From a virus, in IMG/VR virus record IMGVR_UViG_3300030493_000012: a stretch of DNA of 64,000 nucleotides; one strand, given 5' to 3'. The position numbers and the translations under genes are program-made. This document shows, piece after piece, positions 1-9,447 of this stretch (position 1 is its first letter; every line of letters begins with the position of its first letter). The notes under the pieces were generated by a model. That model was not told the origin of the DNA and ran no database searches. It worked only from the letters and a program-made list of their open reading frames with translations.

Positions 1-243
1 GAACCTAATCCCTAAATTGGAGATTTCCTGAGCTAAAATTCCCTTGTCCAGTTTATCTGTTTTCCCTGCCGATAAGATGTTTCTGGCTACAGAGTAAATA
101 ACAGAATGAATATTGTCTTGGTCAGCAAAAACTTCTGGTGTAATAAAAGGCTCAACTTCTGTAAAAACCTCTGGATTACGAATTAATCCGCCTAATGCGT
201 TTTTCTCAAGTTGAAGGCTGATTAGTTTGTTAATGTCTTGCAT
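1..243 (-). CDS. dnaB: Replicative helicase DnaB-like, N-terminal domain (partial, runs off window start)
   Basis: Hand-translated from ATG 243: MQDINKLISLQLEKNALGGLIRNPEVFTEVEPFITPEVFADQDNIHSVIYSVARNIL..., matching the DnaB N-terminal pattern E..LGGL..NP...F....H..I; open to base 1; next to the recA-like gene. Confidence 0.7.
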   Translation of the reverse strand, partial: MQDINKLISLQLEKNALGGLIRNPEVFTEVEPFITPEVFADQDNIHSVIYSVARNILSAGKTDKLDKGILAQEISNLGIRF

Positions 244-244
244 G

Positions 245-649
245 TTAAATAAATACACCGAAATTCTCAAAAAATTCTCGACTCAATGGCAAATCTTTAT
301 CTTCAATTCTTACTAATACATAACCATTATCCTCTAAAACCTTAGTTTTGGTCATGTCGCGCCTTAATGATGATAAATAGCCCATTCGGTCTCTATGGAA
401 AAACTTGTTAAAATTTGTATGTTGCGAGCCATCACATTCTATTGCCAATTTCTTAGTAGCACACAAAAAATCTACTCTTAACAGCGAACCGGGCAATCTA
501 AATTCCTCATACCACACATAGTTGCGGCAATGAACAAAAAGAAAATCTTTTACTGTCTGAGAAATCTTAGATGGCGCGTCTTTTGACCAATCCATTCTGT
601 ATTTAGCCTCAGAAATATTTCTATTTGTGCCGTTAATTTTCCAAATCAT
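245..649 (-). CDS. DUF559/Vsr-like PD-(D/E)XK endonuclease
   Basis: EEFRLPGSLLRVDFLC..KLAIECDGSQH and D..K...LE.NGY.LVRI pattern. Confidence 0.75.
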   Translation of the reverse strand: MIWKINGTNRNISEAKYRMDWSKDAPSKISQTVKDFLFVHCRNYVWYEEFRLPGSLLRVDFLCATKKLAIECDGSQHTNFNKFFHRDRMGYLSSLRRDMTKTKVLEDNGYVLVRIEDKDLPLSREFFENFGVFI

Positions 650-1770
650 TTGCCTACGGTATCCTTAAATTTTTTAAATAAGTATTTTGTGACTTCTTGG
701 TTTTGCTCCAAAAACTCGAAAATCGAAGGCTGGCCTTGGAATTTTTCTGGAATTTCCAAATTGGAGGCTTTAAGTTCTGCAACCAATGATTCGTCAACCA
801 TAAACCATGCCCCATTTTTCTTAATAATGTCAAACATTAAAAGCATATCTAGGATTTCATACTCAATCCAAACAGAGTTGCCGCCAGCGCGGCCTCTGCG
901 AATTGGATATTTTAATTTTGTGCCGTCAGTTTCTTGGTCTGATTTACGAATAATAACTGTTACCCAATGACCTAAAATTGGATTCTTGATTGGGTCGGGC
1001 TTGGCCTTGGCATCGGCAGTGATATAGTCACTGTTGTACTTAGATTCAAACTCAATAATATAATCAGGATAATGAGCCAATGCATTGCCACCGGCACCAG
1101 CCGCAATTCGTGGAGCTTCTTTGCTATATGGGTCAAGTTTAATGTTGGCGCTAACTTGTGAAGTCAGAATACAAATATGGCCGAGCTTATTGATTAGCGG
1201 AGACATCTTTTTGAGGAAAATCTTGGTCAAAAGTTGAGGCCCAGCAACCTTTACGCCTTCCTCAATGCTTTTTAACATATCTCCTTTAAGTACAAGTCCA
1301 TCCATGCTATCAACCATCAAAGCATAAACATCCTTGGACTCAATACTTGAGCGTACTAATTGCTCAACAACGTCAACCATTGTTTCAAAGGTGTTGGTTT
1401 CAAGAACGAAAACCGTGCCATAATCCCATTCGTCCTCTTTATATACGAACTTAAGACCAGAACGGTCTTGCATATTCTGGCTTAATCGGCCTTCTGCTTT
1501 GACATATAGACCTTTTGATTTTGGTACGCTTTCCAAGAAATTTTTAATCAAAACTAATCCTTCTGAGGTTTTGCCTGCTCCGGTATAACCAACAAAACGA
1601 TGAATACCAGTGCCAAAACTGGCATAAGTATCAAGTTTTAATGAACCGCTTGAAACCTTGAAAATCCTTGGCTCTAAACCATTTAGAACACTATCTTCAT
1701 GAGATTTGATTAATGAGCGGAGTAATGTTTTGCTAATGTCTGTTTGTGCTTCTGTTTCTTTTTTTGCCAT
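646..1770 (-). CDS. recA: RecA/UvsX-like recombinase
   Basis: SSGSLKLD, Walker A GYTGAGKT, Walker B LMVDSMDG, ILTSQV, AGGNALAHY; 374 aa. Confidence 0.85.
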   Translation of the reverse strand: MAKKETEAQTDISKTLLRSLIKSHEDSVLNGLEPRIFKVSSGSLKLDTYASFGTGIHRFVGYTGAGKTSEGLVLIKNFLESVPKSKGLYVKAEGRLSQNMQDRSGLKFVYKEDEWDYGTVFVLETNTFETMVDVVEQLVRSSIESKDVYALMVDSMDGLVLKGDMLKSIEEGVKVAGPQLLTKIFLKKMSPLINKLGHICILTSQVSANIKLDPYSKEAPRIAAGAGGNALAHYPDYIIEFESKYNSDYITADAKAKPDPIKNPILGHWVTVIIRKSDQETDGTKLKYPIRRGRAGGNSVWIEYEILDMLLMFDIIKKNGAWFMVDESLVAELKASNLEIPEKFQGQPSIFEFLEQNQEVTKYLFKKFKDTVGK

Positions 1771-1776
1771 AATATT

Positions 1777-1805
1777 ATTCTAACCGAAAGTTGAGGATAA
1801 GTCAA
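1777..1805 (-). promoter_or_regulatory. sigma70-type promoter, leaderless, for recA-like gene
   Basis: TTGACT-N17-TAGAAT-N6-ATG(1770). Confidence 0.7.
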
Positions 1806-2141
1806 CTAAATTGAGCCAACGAATTGTTTAAGCGTTTTAGGCTTATTTATAACGCCTTCTACTTCAAAAGATTCTGAATTATCGAGGATTTTTTCAACTT
1901 TAGGTTCTGGAAAACTGAGTGTTTTAAGACTTTTTAGATACATTACACCGTCTGCTGATAAAAACCAAGCTGCACTGTTGAGTTTAAAATTAAGAGTTAT
2001 TTTCTCCCAATAACTGAAAGGAGCCTTTTTGAGCAACTTTTTCCAAATAGCCATTTCTCGCGGCCATGCAATTTTCTTCAAATCCTGTTCTTTAAGAAAC
2101 TTTGGAACTAAAAATTTAATTTGCGCCACTTCTGTTGACAT
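1806..2141 (-). CDS. Hypothetical protein
   Basis: 111-aa ORF tiling between recA and gmd, with its own promoter. Confidence 0.7.
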   Translation of the reverse strand: MSTEVAQIKFLVPKFLKEQDLKKIAWPREMAIWKKLLKKAPFSYWEKITLNFKLNSAAWFLSADGVMYLKSLKTLSFPEPKVEKILDNSESFEVEGVINKPKTLKQFVGSI

Positions 2142-2147
2142 GTTTTA

Positions 2148-2176
2148 AGCATAGCCTATTTAACATGCTCTGTCAA
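2148..2176 (-). promoter_or_regulatory. sigma70-type promoter, leaderless
   Basis: TTGACA-N17-TATGCT-N6-ATG(2141). Confidence 0.65.
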
Positions 2177-3358
2177 GGCAGAATCAACCATTTCATTTAC
2201 AAGCATTTCAAAGTCGTATTTTGGCTTCCAGCCTAATTCTTTTTTAATCAAGGAACTGTCTCCATGTAAATATGTTACATCTGCTGGACGGAAAAACTCT
2301 CTTGAAGATAGAACAAGCGAAGTTTTGTTATAATCATCTAAAACATAATTGACCTGTTGGCCGTTTTTGTCGGTAGTTGGCTCTAATCTGTCTTGATTGA
2401 CATCAATAATATCAATTCCGGCTCGTTCAAAAGCTAATTCAATAAATTCACGGACAGAATGACATGTATCAGAAGACAAAACATATTCTTTAACTCCAGA
2501 ACTAAGAAATTTTCTCACAGATGTTTCAAAAAGTGCTTTATTTAGGTCTTCATTTGCCGCACCGTCAAGCGCAACTCTTTTTTCAAATAAATTTTGAAGG
2601 TTGGCTATGTTGCTCTTGGTCACTTGGTTATAAATATCTTGGTTAAGCATTCGCCAGATTCCGTCACAGACATCCAAACAATGCTGCCAGCTTCTTTTGC
2701 TTTCAAGATTTCCAACGACCAAAGGCTCGATTGGTAAATTATTATTAATCGAATTTTTTATTTTCCCAATAGCATGAACGACCTTGGCTGTCAAAAATTC
2801 TAAGCCCCTTTTTTTGCTCTCAAAATTAAATGTGATGCCTTGAATAGCATATAAATCATAAGACTCTCTATAAACCTTTGTAACGTATCTAGCCGCGCAT
2901 TTGCTAACTCCATAAGGTGATTTTGGTGACAAAATATGCTTTTCGTCCTGTGGAATATATTGAGCGTTTCCAAATTCTTCGGAACTGCCCATATTAAAAT
3001 ATCTCGTATGCGGACTATGTTTTCGGATTGCCTCTAATTGATGCATAACGCCAATAGCATTATATTGCATGTGCTGAACAGGAAGTTGCCAAGAAGAGCC
3101 TACAAATGAATTAGCGGCACAATTAATAAAATATGCCGGTTGATGCTCTTTTATTAAATTTTCAATAGAGTGAACATCACCCAAGTCCATTGTGGCTAAA
3201 GAAAATCGGTCATTTTTAACATGTGCAATATTACCATGATTTGGAACACTAAGGCGTCTTACCGTACCAATAATATCAAAAGCAGTATTTTCTAGCAGAT
3301 AATCAACTAAATAGCTGCCCAACTGCCCCGTACAGCCTGTAACAATAATTTTTCGCAT
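2156..3358 (-). CDS. gmd: GDP-mannose 4,6-dehydratase
   Basis: IIVTGCTGQLGSYL Rossmann motif, AANSFVGSSW, GSSEEFG, PKSPYGVSK (YxxxK), GNLESKRSW, FFRPADV..LHGD; carries a ~45-aa insertion after WRMLNQ. Confidence 0.9.
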   Translation of the reverse strand: MRKIIVTGCTGQLGSYLVDYLLENTAFDIIGTVRRLSVPNHGNIAHVKNDRFSLATMDLGDVHSIENLIKEHQPAYFINCAANSFVGSSWQLPVQHMQYNAIGVMHQLEAIRKHSPHTRYFNMGSSEEFGNAQYIPQDEKHILSPKSPYGVSKCAARYVTKVYRESYDLYAIQGITFNFESKKRGLEFLTAKVVHAIGKIKNSINNNLPIEPLVVGNLESKRSWQHCLDVCDGIWRMLNQDIYNQVTKSNIANLQNLFEKRVALDGAANEDLNKALFETSVRKFLSSGVKEYVLSSDTCHSVREFIELAFERAGIDIIDVNQDRLEPTTDKNGQQVNYVLDDYNKTSLVLSSREFFRPADVTYLHGDSSLIKKELGWKPKYDFEMLVNEMVDSALTEHVK

Positions 3359-3378
3359 ATATTATTATACTCAATAAA

Positions 3379-4239
3379 CTAAACCAAACTCAATATTCTT
3401 TTGCATACATTTTCGGCACTAAATTGTTCTTTGTATTTTACTCCCAAAGGCTTAACTATGGTCAAATATGGAAGCGGATTATCTAGAATATCATAAATTT
3501 TGGCGGCTAAATCTTTAGGTTCTGGATTAGCCCAAAAATTAATTGGTAAAAATTCACTGGCAGTTGTCGAGTCAACACAAACTATTGGACATGAATTGGT
3601 TATAACACTCTCAATTACAGGTAAATTTAGCCCCTCGACTTTCCCCAAAGCTAAACAAATCTTAGAATTATTGTATATCTGATTTAAATCATTGTCTGAA
3701 ACTAAACCATAATAATTACCAAAACCGGGATATTCAGAGCCAACTATTGCAACATTCAAATTCTGATTTAGCTCTCTTAATGCTTGATAGGCCAAGTTTG
3801 CTCTTTTATTTGGGTCATTCAGCCTGCCAACCATTAGTATGTCTATTATTTTTTTGTTAAAAGGAATATTTAAGTTTGATACTGGTTTGATGGGATTGTA
3901 AATCAAATGACACTCTCGTTCAAAATACATTTCGGCTTGAGATTGAGTATATTTGCTAATAGCCGTTATTTTGTCGGCAAATTCAATCTGTTCGCGCCAT
4001 TTATTAAGTAAGTCTGGAAATTCAGAACAATGGAGCGGAAAATCAAGAAAGTTGAGAATTAGTTTGGCTCTTGGATATTGCTCCTTTTGTTGAATTGCTG
4101 CCTCAAAACCACCGGGGTCATTTGAATAAATAAAATCTGGCTCAAAACTAGACCTTACATTGCCAAGATTATCAAAAGCCTCGGTTATTCTGTTTAATTG
4201 ACAATTAGCGCCGGTTGCGCCGAAAAAGGTTGCTCTCAT
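3379..4239 (-). CDS. Glycosyltransferase, GT-B fold (GT4-like)
   Basis: LMVGRL..PNKR and EGLNLPVIES (E-x7-E) motifs. Confidence 0.8.
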   Translation of the reverse strand: MRATFFGATGANCQLNRITEAFDNLGNVRSSFEPDFIYSNDPGGFEAAIQQKEQYPRAKLILNFLDFPLHCSEFPDLLNKWREQIEFADKITAISKYTQSQAEMYFERECHLIYNPIKPVSNLNIPFNKKIIDILMVGRLNDPNKRANLAYQALRELNQNLNVAIVGSEYPGFGNYYGLVSDNDLNQIYNNSKICLALGKVEGLNLPVIESVITNSCPIVCVDSTTASEFLPINFWANPEPKDLAAKIYDILDNPLPYLTIVKPLGVKYKEQFSAENVCKRILSLV

Positions 4240-5024
4240 AAGTCGAAAAGTTCGGGTTTTTGAATACCTAGTTTTTTGTAATAATCTTCATTCCATTCTA
4301 AGCCTTTTTCGCCCCATTTGAAAGAGCATCCTGCGCCTTTAGCAAAATGTTTTTCTCCATAAGCGACTTTCATTTTTGAACGCTCATTGTTTAACCAACT
4401 GTAATGCAAGGGATTTACAAATTTAGTCGGGATTCTCTGGCTTGAAAACTGAGTATAAGATACCTCTTTACCTTCTTTATCTACATACATTAAATCGTTG
4501 TCCCAAAAAAACCTTGATAACTTATAACCATAATTGTTAACCTTAAACAATCTAGGTGGCGAGAAATTTTTTGTATAGGTATGTTCCGAAAATGTTAAAT
4601 TCCTGAATTGAACAGAAAACCAAGTAGTAAAATCTTCTTTGTCTGCAAAAGAGGCTAAACCTTCAATATCTTTTCGTTCGTATTTTTCGTCTAAATCAAG
4701 CAAAAAAATATGCGAACATTTTCTTTTAAGTAGGTATTCTAAACCTTTATTTCTAACTTCATGTTCTGGTAAATAGCTTTTATCACCGCCTAAATAATCA
4801 GAATAACCATTATTATACCAAACAAACTCGGCTGGACATTTTGACGACAATAAGAAATCAAGTGTTTCTTTGTCATTGTCTGGATAACCTAATTCATGAT
4901 ATTCCTTGAATTGTGAATGAACAAAGGCTAGTTCTAGCTCGAAATCATACGCTTCAAACCAAGGCTTTAAAAAGTCTAGATATTCAGGACAGCCATAAAG
5001 ACAGCCTACAACTCCAATTTTCAT
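4236..5024 (-). CDS. Glycosyltransferase family 2-like protein
   Basis: RNKGLEY, FLLDLDE (DxD), PPRLFK, PLHYSWL. Confidence 0.65.
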   Translation of the reverse strand: MKIGVVGCLYGCPEYLDFLKPWFEAYDFELELAFVHSQFKEYHELGYPDNDKETLDFLLSSKCPAEFVWYNNGYSDYLGGDKSYLPEHEVRNKGLEYLLKRKCSHIFLLDLDEKYERKDIEGLASFADKEDFTTWFSVQFRNLTFSEHTYTKNFSPPRLFKVNNYGYKLSRFFWDNDLMYVDKEGKEVSYTQFSSQRIPTKFVNPLHYSWLNNERSKMKVAYGEKHFAKGAGCSFKWGEKGLEWNEDYYKKLGIQKPELFDL

Positions 5025-6184
5025 AATTTGTTTAAGCTTTCAACCAAACAATCAATTTGTTCAAAGGTCACTCCCGTATGCAAGCCAACATAAAATCCAT
5101 TATTATTGAGAAATTCACTTGTTCCGAAAAGCCTGTAGTCATCACTATATTGCCGATAACAAGTTTGTCTTAAGAGATTGCCTGAAATAATAGGTCTAGT
5201 TTCAATGCTTAGCTTATGACACAAATCTTTGGCTTTGTTAATTAGCTCAAAATTTTCCTCCTTAAGAATAATCGGCAGACAAAACATTACATTCTGACTT
5301 CCATTATGATTCGCGAAAACTAAATATTTTGACGATAAGTTACTTGCAAACCGTTCATAAGCTTTAATTCTATATTTTATACTGGCGTTGGTCTTTCTTA
5401 AGTCCAACAGACCAATAAAAGCATTAATGTCTGTGTTACGAAAGTTATTGCCTAAAATACTAAAATCAAAACGCGGGTCAATTTGTGGATTTTCATAATC
5501 TTCTTTAATCCATTCTGGCAAGCTGCGAACCATGCCATGATTTCGTGCCATCAAACAATAATTATAGGTTTCTTCATTGTCTGTAAAAACAAAACCCCCT
5601 TCTACGCTTTGAATTTGATGACCAAAATAAGTAGAAGTTGTGGATGTTAATCCTAAGCCGCTAATATTCTCTCTTTCATGTGTGCCAAAGTTATTTTCGC
5701 AATTATCCATAATAAACTTAATACTTGGAAATTTGCGCTTAAGTTCCATGATTTTCTGAATATTCGGAACAATTCCCAAAAGCGAAACAATAACAACAGC
5801 ACCAACCTTATGAGACATCGCATTTAGGTAATTTTCAGTCTTGTATAAATCAATACTTAAATCCTGAATATCAACATCAATGAACACAGGCTTAAACCCT
5901 TCTCGAATAAATGGAGCAACCGTAGTTGTCCAAGTTGTTGAAGGAAACAAGATTTCATTTTTAGCTCCAACGTCTTTCAAATACATTGCCAGCATTGTAT
6001 TGGCGGTTGAACCGCTAGAACAATAAACGGCAAACTCGGAACCAACAAACTGGCGCATTTTTTCTTCAAATTTTCGCACGTATTTATCTTGTGTCCAATA
6101 ATTTTGAGGATTAAGGATAAACTTAGAAATCTTGTTTCGGTCAGAAACAGAGAAATTGTTAGTATTTAGCGGCCATTTGTACAT
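5021..6184 (-). CDS. colD: DegT/DnrJ-family PLP enzyme, ColD-like GDP-4-keto-6-deoxymannose 3-dehydratase
   Basis: SSGSTAN, DNCE, STYFGHQIQSVEGG with His at the position of the Schiff-base Lys, RPIISGN; start MYKWPL at 6184. Confidence 0.7.
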   Translation of the reverse strand: MYKWPLNTNNFSVSDRNKISKFILNPQNYWTQDKYVRKFEEKMRQFVGSEFAVYCSSGSTANTMLAMYLKDVGAKNEILFPSTTWTTTVAPFIREGFKPVFIDVDIQDLSIDLYKTENYLNAMSHKVGAVVIVSLLGIVPNIQKIMELKRKFPSIKFIMDNCENNFGTHERENISGLGLTSTTSTYFGHQIQSVEGGFVFTDNEETYNYCLMARNHGMVRSLPEWIKEDYENPQIDPRFDFSILGNNFRNTDINAFIGLLDLRKTNASIKYRIKAYERFASNLSSKYLVFANHNGSQNVMFCLPIILKEENFELINKAKDLCHKLSIETRPIISGNLLRQTCYRQYSDDYRLFGTSEFLNNNGFYVGLHTGVTFEQIDCLVESLNKL

Positions 6185-6185
6185 T

Positions 6186-6545
6186 TTACATTTTTTGCTC
6201 GAAAGCCTCTGAGCCAAACCATTTTTGCTGCAATTTAACTTTAATATTATAACGCTTTGTATTACAATCGTCAACCTCTTTTGCCTTGCAGGCATTTCTC
6301 TTTGCTAAATCAACTAAACAGAAAGTTTCGTCATTGGCCTCAACTAACTCTTTATATTCTGGACTATTTAAAATTAAATCTGTTTTTTCTGTGCCAATTT
6401 GCTCGCCAACCTCAAAAAGCATCAATTTTAATGCCGAAAATACCTTTTTCTCTTTTTCTTTATCGTTAAAGGTTTTCTTGGATTTAACCTCTAAGACCGA
6501 TAGCATATCAAAAACCGCGCCTTCATCAAGAGAGATTTTGAGCAT
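6186..6545 (-). CDS. Hypothetical protein
   Basis: 119-aa ORF coupled within the operon. Confidence 0.7.
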   Translation of the reverse strand: MLKISLDEGAVFDMLSVLEVKSKKTFNDKEKEKKVFSALKLMLFEVGEQIGTEKTDLILNSPEYKELVEANDETFCLVDLAKRNACKAKEVDDCNTKRYNIKVKLQQKWFGSEAFEQKM

Positions 6546-6942
6546 TTTTAAATTTTGAGCTTGAATATTTTTGTTTATTAACTACTGGAAAAAATACAAT
6601 TTTATAGCCTAATTCTTTAGCGGCAATTAGTTCATGTTGGTTAATTGTTTCTAATGAATAGTCAGAGCCTTTAACCCAAATATCACAACCTAAAAATTTC
6701 ATGATTCCAGAGATATTGGGGTTATCAAAAACAATAACTTCATCAACACACTTTAATGCTTCTAAAGTTTCTTGCCTAATATCTTCTGAATTAAGCGGTT
6801 GCTCGTTTTTGAGTTTGGTATAAGAATCGTCACTGTTAATAGCCACAATCAAATAATCACCTTGCGTTTTTGCGAACTTTAAGAGTTGCAAATGCCCATA
6901 GTGAAACACATCAAAACAGCCGTTAACCAAAACTTTTGTCAT
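6526..6942 (-). CDS. Cytidylyltransferase-family protein (RfaE2/TagD-like)
   Basis: NGCFDVFHYGH (HxGH), VAINSD, VDEV, KGSDY, YSSS. Confidence 0.9.
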   Translation of the reverse strand: MTKVLVNGCFDVFHYGHLQLLKFAKTQGDYLIVAINSDDSYTKLKNEQPLNSEDIRQETLEALKCVDEVIVFDNPNISGIMKFLGCDIWVKGSDYSLETINQHELIAAKELGYKIVFFPVVNKQKYSSSKFKNAQNLS

Positions 6943-8162
6943 TCCTTTATTAGTCCTGAAATTATCTCATACTTTGATTCCTTTATTATACTCGCCTTAT
7001 TGAAATTTTTCAAACTTTTTAATGAATCTTCTATTTTTGAAACTATTGAATATGATTTTTTATTTAGCTCGATTTCCAAGAATTTAAGCTCTTTGCCATT
7101 AACAAGCATCCTGTATAGAACAATCGTATAATCTTTGAAAAAATAAATTAAGCATCTTTTTTTGACTTCAAAGGCGAAACTTAAACCCAGTAATTGAAGA
7201 AAATCAAGCACGTTGTTTGTTGAGTTTTTGTCTAACACAACCGATAGCTCAAATCTGTTAAAAGAACTTTTCTCTTTGGTTTTGATGGTTAAATCGCTTC
7301 TGCCTTTGCCGCCGCTATCCCTAAATCTAATAAATTCAATTTTGTTATCCAGAATTGGCCTAAAATAATAATCAACAGAGGTAACATCTAATTCGCTCTC
7401 TGGCTTCATCTTTTTAACGACAGACTCAAAATCCTTGAATGTTATCTTGCTGGCGGTGTATTTGCGCTCAATCTCGAAGTTTTCTTTGTTAATCTCGGAC
7501 TGCCAATAAATGTTTAAATTATCCCAAGTGCCTAAATCTATGTATTGTTTTAAATAAACAAAAGCCTTTTTCTCAGAATTGAGAATTTCACCAATTTCCT
7601 TGGTTTTATTGTAATCAATTTCTCTATGCCATCTTAATAATTTCTTAAGTGAGACTTTGAAAGCGCCCCAAAACCATTTTTTGTTGGTTGAGTTTTTAAG
7701 CGATTTAATATCAAAGTTTCCGTCTTTATTTAGGCGGTCAACCTTTGTGGAGTCATTTGTTTGGAATAAAGCGCAAACCAAATCACTCTTGCTTCTAAGT
7801 AGTGGCAAAAATGGGTTGCCATCAAAATAAGCATCAGGAAGGCCGAAAATTACTTCGCCATTGAGAATATCTTGTTCTAATAAATAATTACAAAAAGGCT
7901 CAAAGACCCTTGAAAAGCCAAGACTGTGTTGTTTAATGTGGATATGCTTTTCGGAACTAAAAAACTTTGCAATATCTGCCTTAATTTCGGAACCATGAAT
8001 AAAAAATATCTTAGAGGCTCCAGCAAGCTCCATTTTCTGAACTAGATGGTTGATAATGGGATTGTAATAATCATAGTTCTTCTGCGGCAGCATTTCCTTT
8101 GAAAAAGGCAAACCTAACCTTATGCCAGTACCGCCGACAGGAATTATTCCCAGCGTTATCAC
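6939..8162 (-). CDS. Sugar-phosphate nucleotidyltransferase (RmlA-like) fused to a C-terminal CYTH domain
   Basis: N-terminal GIIPVGGTGIRLG...KEMLP and YIDLGTWD; C-terminal EIERK (7475..7461), DYYF, IRFR, LTIK, KKR, LEIE. Confidence 0.8.
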   Translation of the reverse strand: MITLGIIPVGGTGIRLGLPFSKEMLPQKNYDYYNPIINHLVQKMELAGASKIFFIHGSEIKADIAKFFSSEKHIHIKQHSLGFSRVFEPFCNYLLEQDILNGEVIFGLPDAYFDGNPFLPLLRSKSDLVCALFQTNDSTKVDRLNKDGNFDIKSLKNSTNKKWFWGAFKVSLKKLLRWHREIDYNKTKEIGEILNSEKKAFVYLKQYIDLGTWDNLNIYWQSEINKENFEIERKYTASKITFKDFESVVKKMKPESELDVTSVDYYFRPILDNKIEFIRFRDSGGKGRSDLTIKTKEKSSFNRFELSVVLDKNSTNNVLDFLQLLGLSFAFEVKKRCLIYFFKDYTIVLYRMLVNGKELKFLEIELNKKSYSIVSKIEDSLKSLKNFNKASIIKESKYEIISGLIKE

Positions 8163-8815
8163 AATTTCTCAAATACTCCTATTCCATTTCCTTCGCCACC
8201 AGTAAATCTTGTGCCTAAAATCTCCTTTTTGAACAACCAGCCTTCTCTTTTGTTGTCAATAAGTCCTAGTTCTCGGCAAGCCGCTCGAACATTAATATAG
8301 TCTTTGTCATATTCTTGCCAGTCAGTACCTTGGCTTAAAATACAGAAATCATGGAACATAACAAAGCCGCCCGGTGCAATCTTCTTTTCTATGCTCAGAA
8401 AATCATCAGTCACAGACTTTTTGCCATGCGAGCCATCAATTAAACAAATGTCTATGTAACTGCTCGGAAAAAATTCTTGTGTAAACTGTCTTGGATTATC
8501 ACGTAAAAACAAATGCGCTTTCTTTTTTGCATCACAACTCGGAGAATTAATAACAATATCTATCATTTCTTCGTTAAAACGTGTTTTAATCCCATCTTTA
8601 TCGTTAAGACACCATCCATTTGGTAAATCTAGTCCAAATAGTTGAAAATAATGAACTCCTGTTTCGCTTAGAATGTCATAAACAGCACGAAAGGTTGTCC
8701 CGTTGGCAACGCCTATTTCATAATAGGTAACTGCCTTTTTTGACGCGCAATAGCTTTTAATTAGGTTCTCAACCTCTTGTTCACATCCGTCCATTCTGAT
8801 TCCAAATTTTTTCAT
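8159..8815 (-). CDS. Class I SAM-dependent methyltransferase (Methyltransf_24-like)
   Basis: YYEIGVANGTT, IDICLIDGSH, PGGFVMFHD. Confidence 0.85.
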   Translation of the reverse strand: MKKFGIRMDGCEQEVENLIKSYCASKKAVTYYEIGVANGTTFRAVYDILSETGVHYFQLFGLDLPNGWCLNDKDGIKTRFNEEMIDIVINSPSCDAKKKAHLFLRDNPRQFTQEFFPSSYIDICLIDGSHGKKSVTDDFLSIEKKIAPGGFVMFHDFCILSQGTDWQEYDKDYINVRAACRELGLIDNKREGWLFKKEILGTRFTGGEGNGIGVFEKL

Positions 8816-9447
8816 AATATACCTGCCTTTTTTAGCTCCTGTTCAATCTCAACGTCTGAATTAGTATAAATACCGTCGCCGTGATAATTAGTTTCTGGGC
8901 CGCGAGTTGACAATAGCATTTTTTTAGGTATCTTTGCTAGAAAACTATCTTTTAAAACAACCTCTACGTTTCTGTCGGCAGTTTCGCTTAATGGGAAACA
9001 ATGTTTTGTTTTAGTCGGAACGATACAAAGAATACTGCCGTTTATTCCTCCATTCCAATCTGCATAAGCAAAGTCATAATTGCCGTCTATGACCTCTTTT
9101 AATGTTTGCCCGGTAGTAAAAAAGTGGTCTTCTGCCAACATTAAGACCTTTTCCTCGTAGCTTTGGAACTCTTCAAAAATAAAATTATATCCTTCGCTAA
9201 AGAAACAGTTATTTTTAGGATTAGCTGCGCCGGGGCCAAATCCATGATACTTTGTTTGGCGATAAAAACACTGCATGTTCAGCGGCTCTTGATTATCATA
9301 CTCTGATTTGTCATGTTTATAAAGACATAAACAGAAAAACTTGGCGTTCGGAATAAAGTGTTTGATGCTCTGTGTTGTTAAATTAACACAGCGGTTCCGA
9401 AAAAAGTTCTTAAATACGACCGTTAATTCTTTGTCTGTTTTATACAT
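8812..9447 (-). CDS. Putative glycosyltransferase-like protein
   Basis: VLMLAEDHFF resembles the GT-A acidic motif; operon context. Confidence 0.45.
   Translation of the reverse strand: MYKTDKELTVVFKNFFRNRCVNLTTQSIKHFIPNAKFFCLCLYKHDKSEYDNQEPLNMQCFYRQTKYHGFGPGAANPKNNCFFSEGYNFIFEEFQSYEEKVLMLAEDHFFTTGQTLKEVIDGNYDFAYADWNGGINGSILCIVPTKTKHCFPLSETADRNVEVVLKDSFLAKIPKKMLLSTRGPETNYHGDGIYTNSDVEIEQELKKAGIL

Noticed and set aside
2490-2640. ~45-aa insertion in Gmd as an intein or intron remnant
   Set aside because: No Cys/Ser start, no terminal Asn and the frame is intact; most simply a surface-loop expansion.
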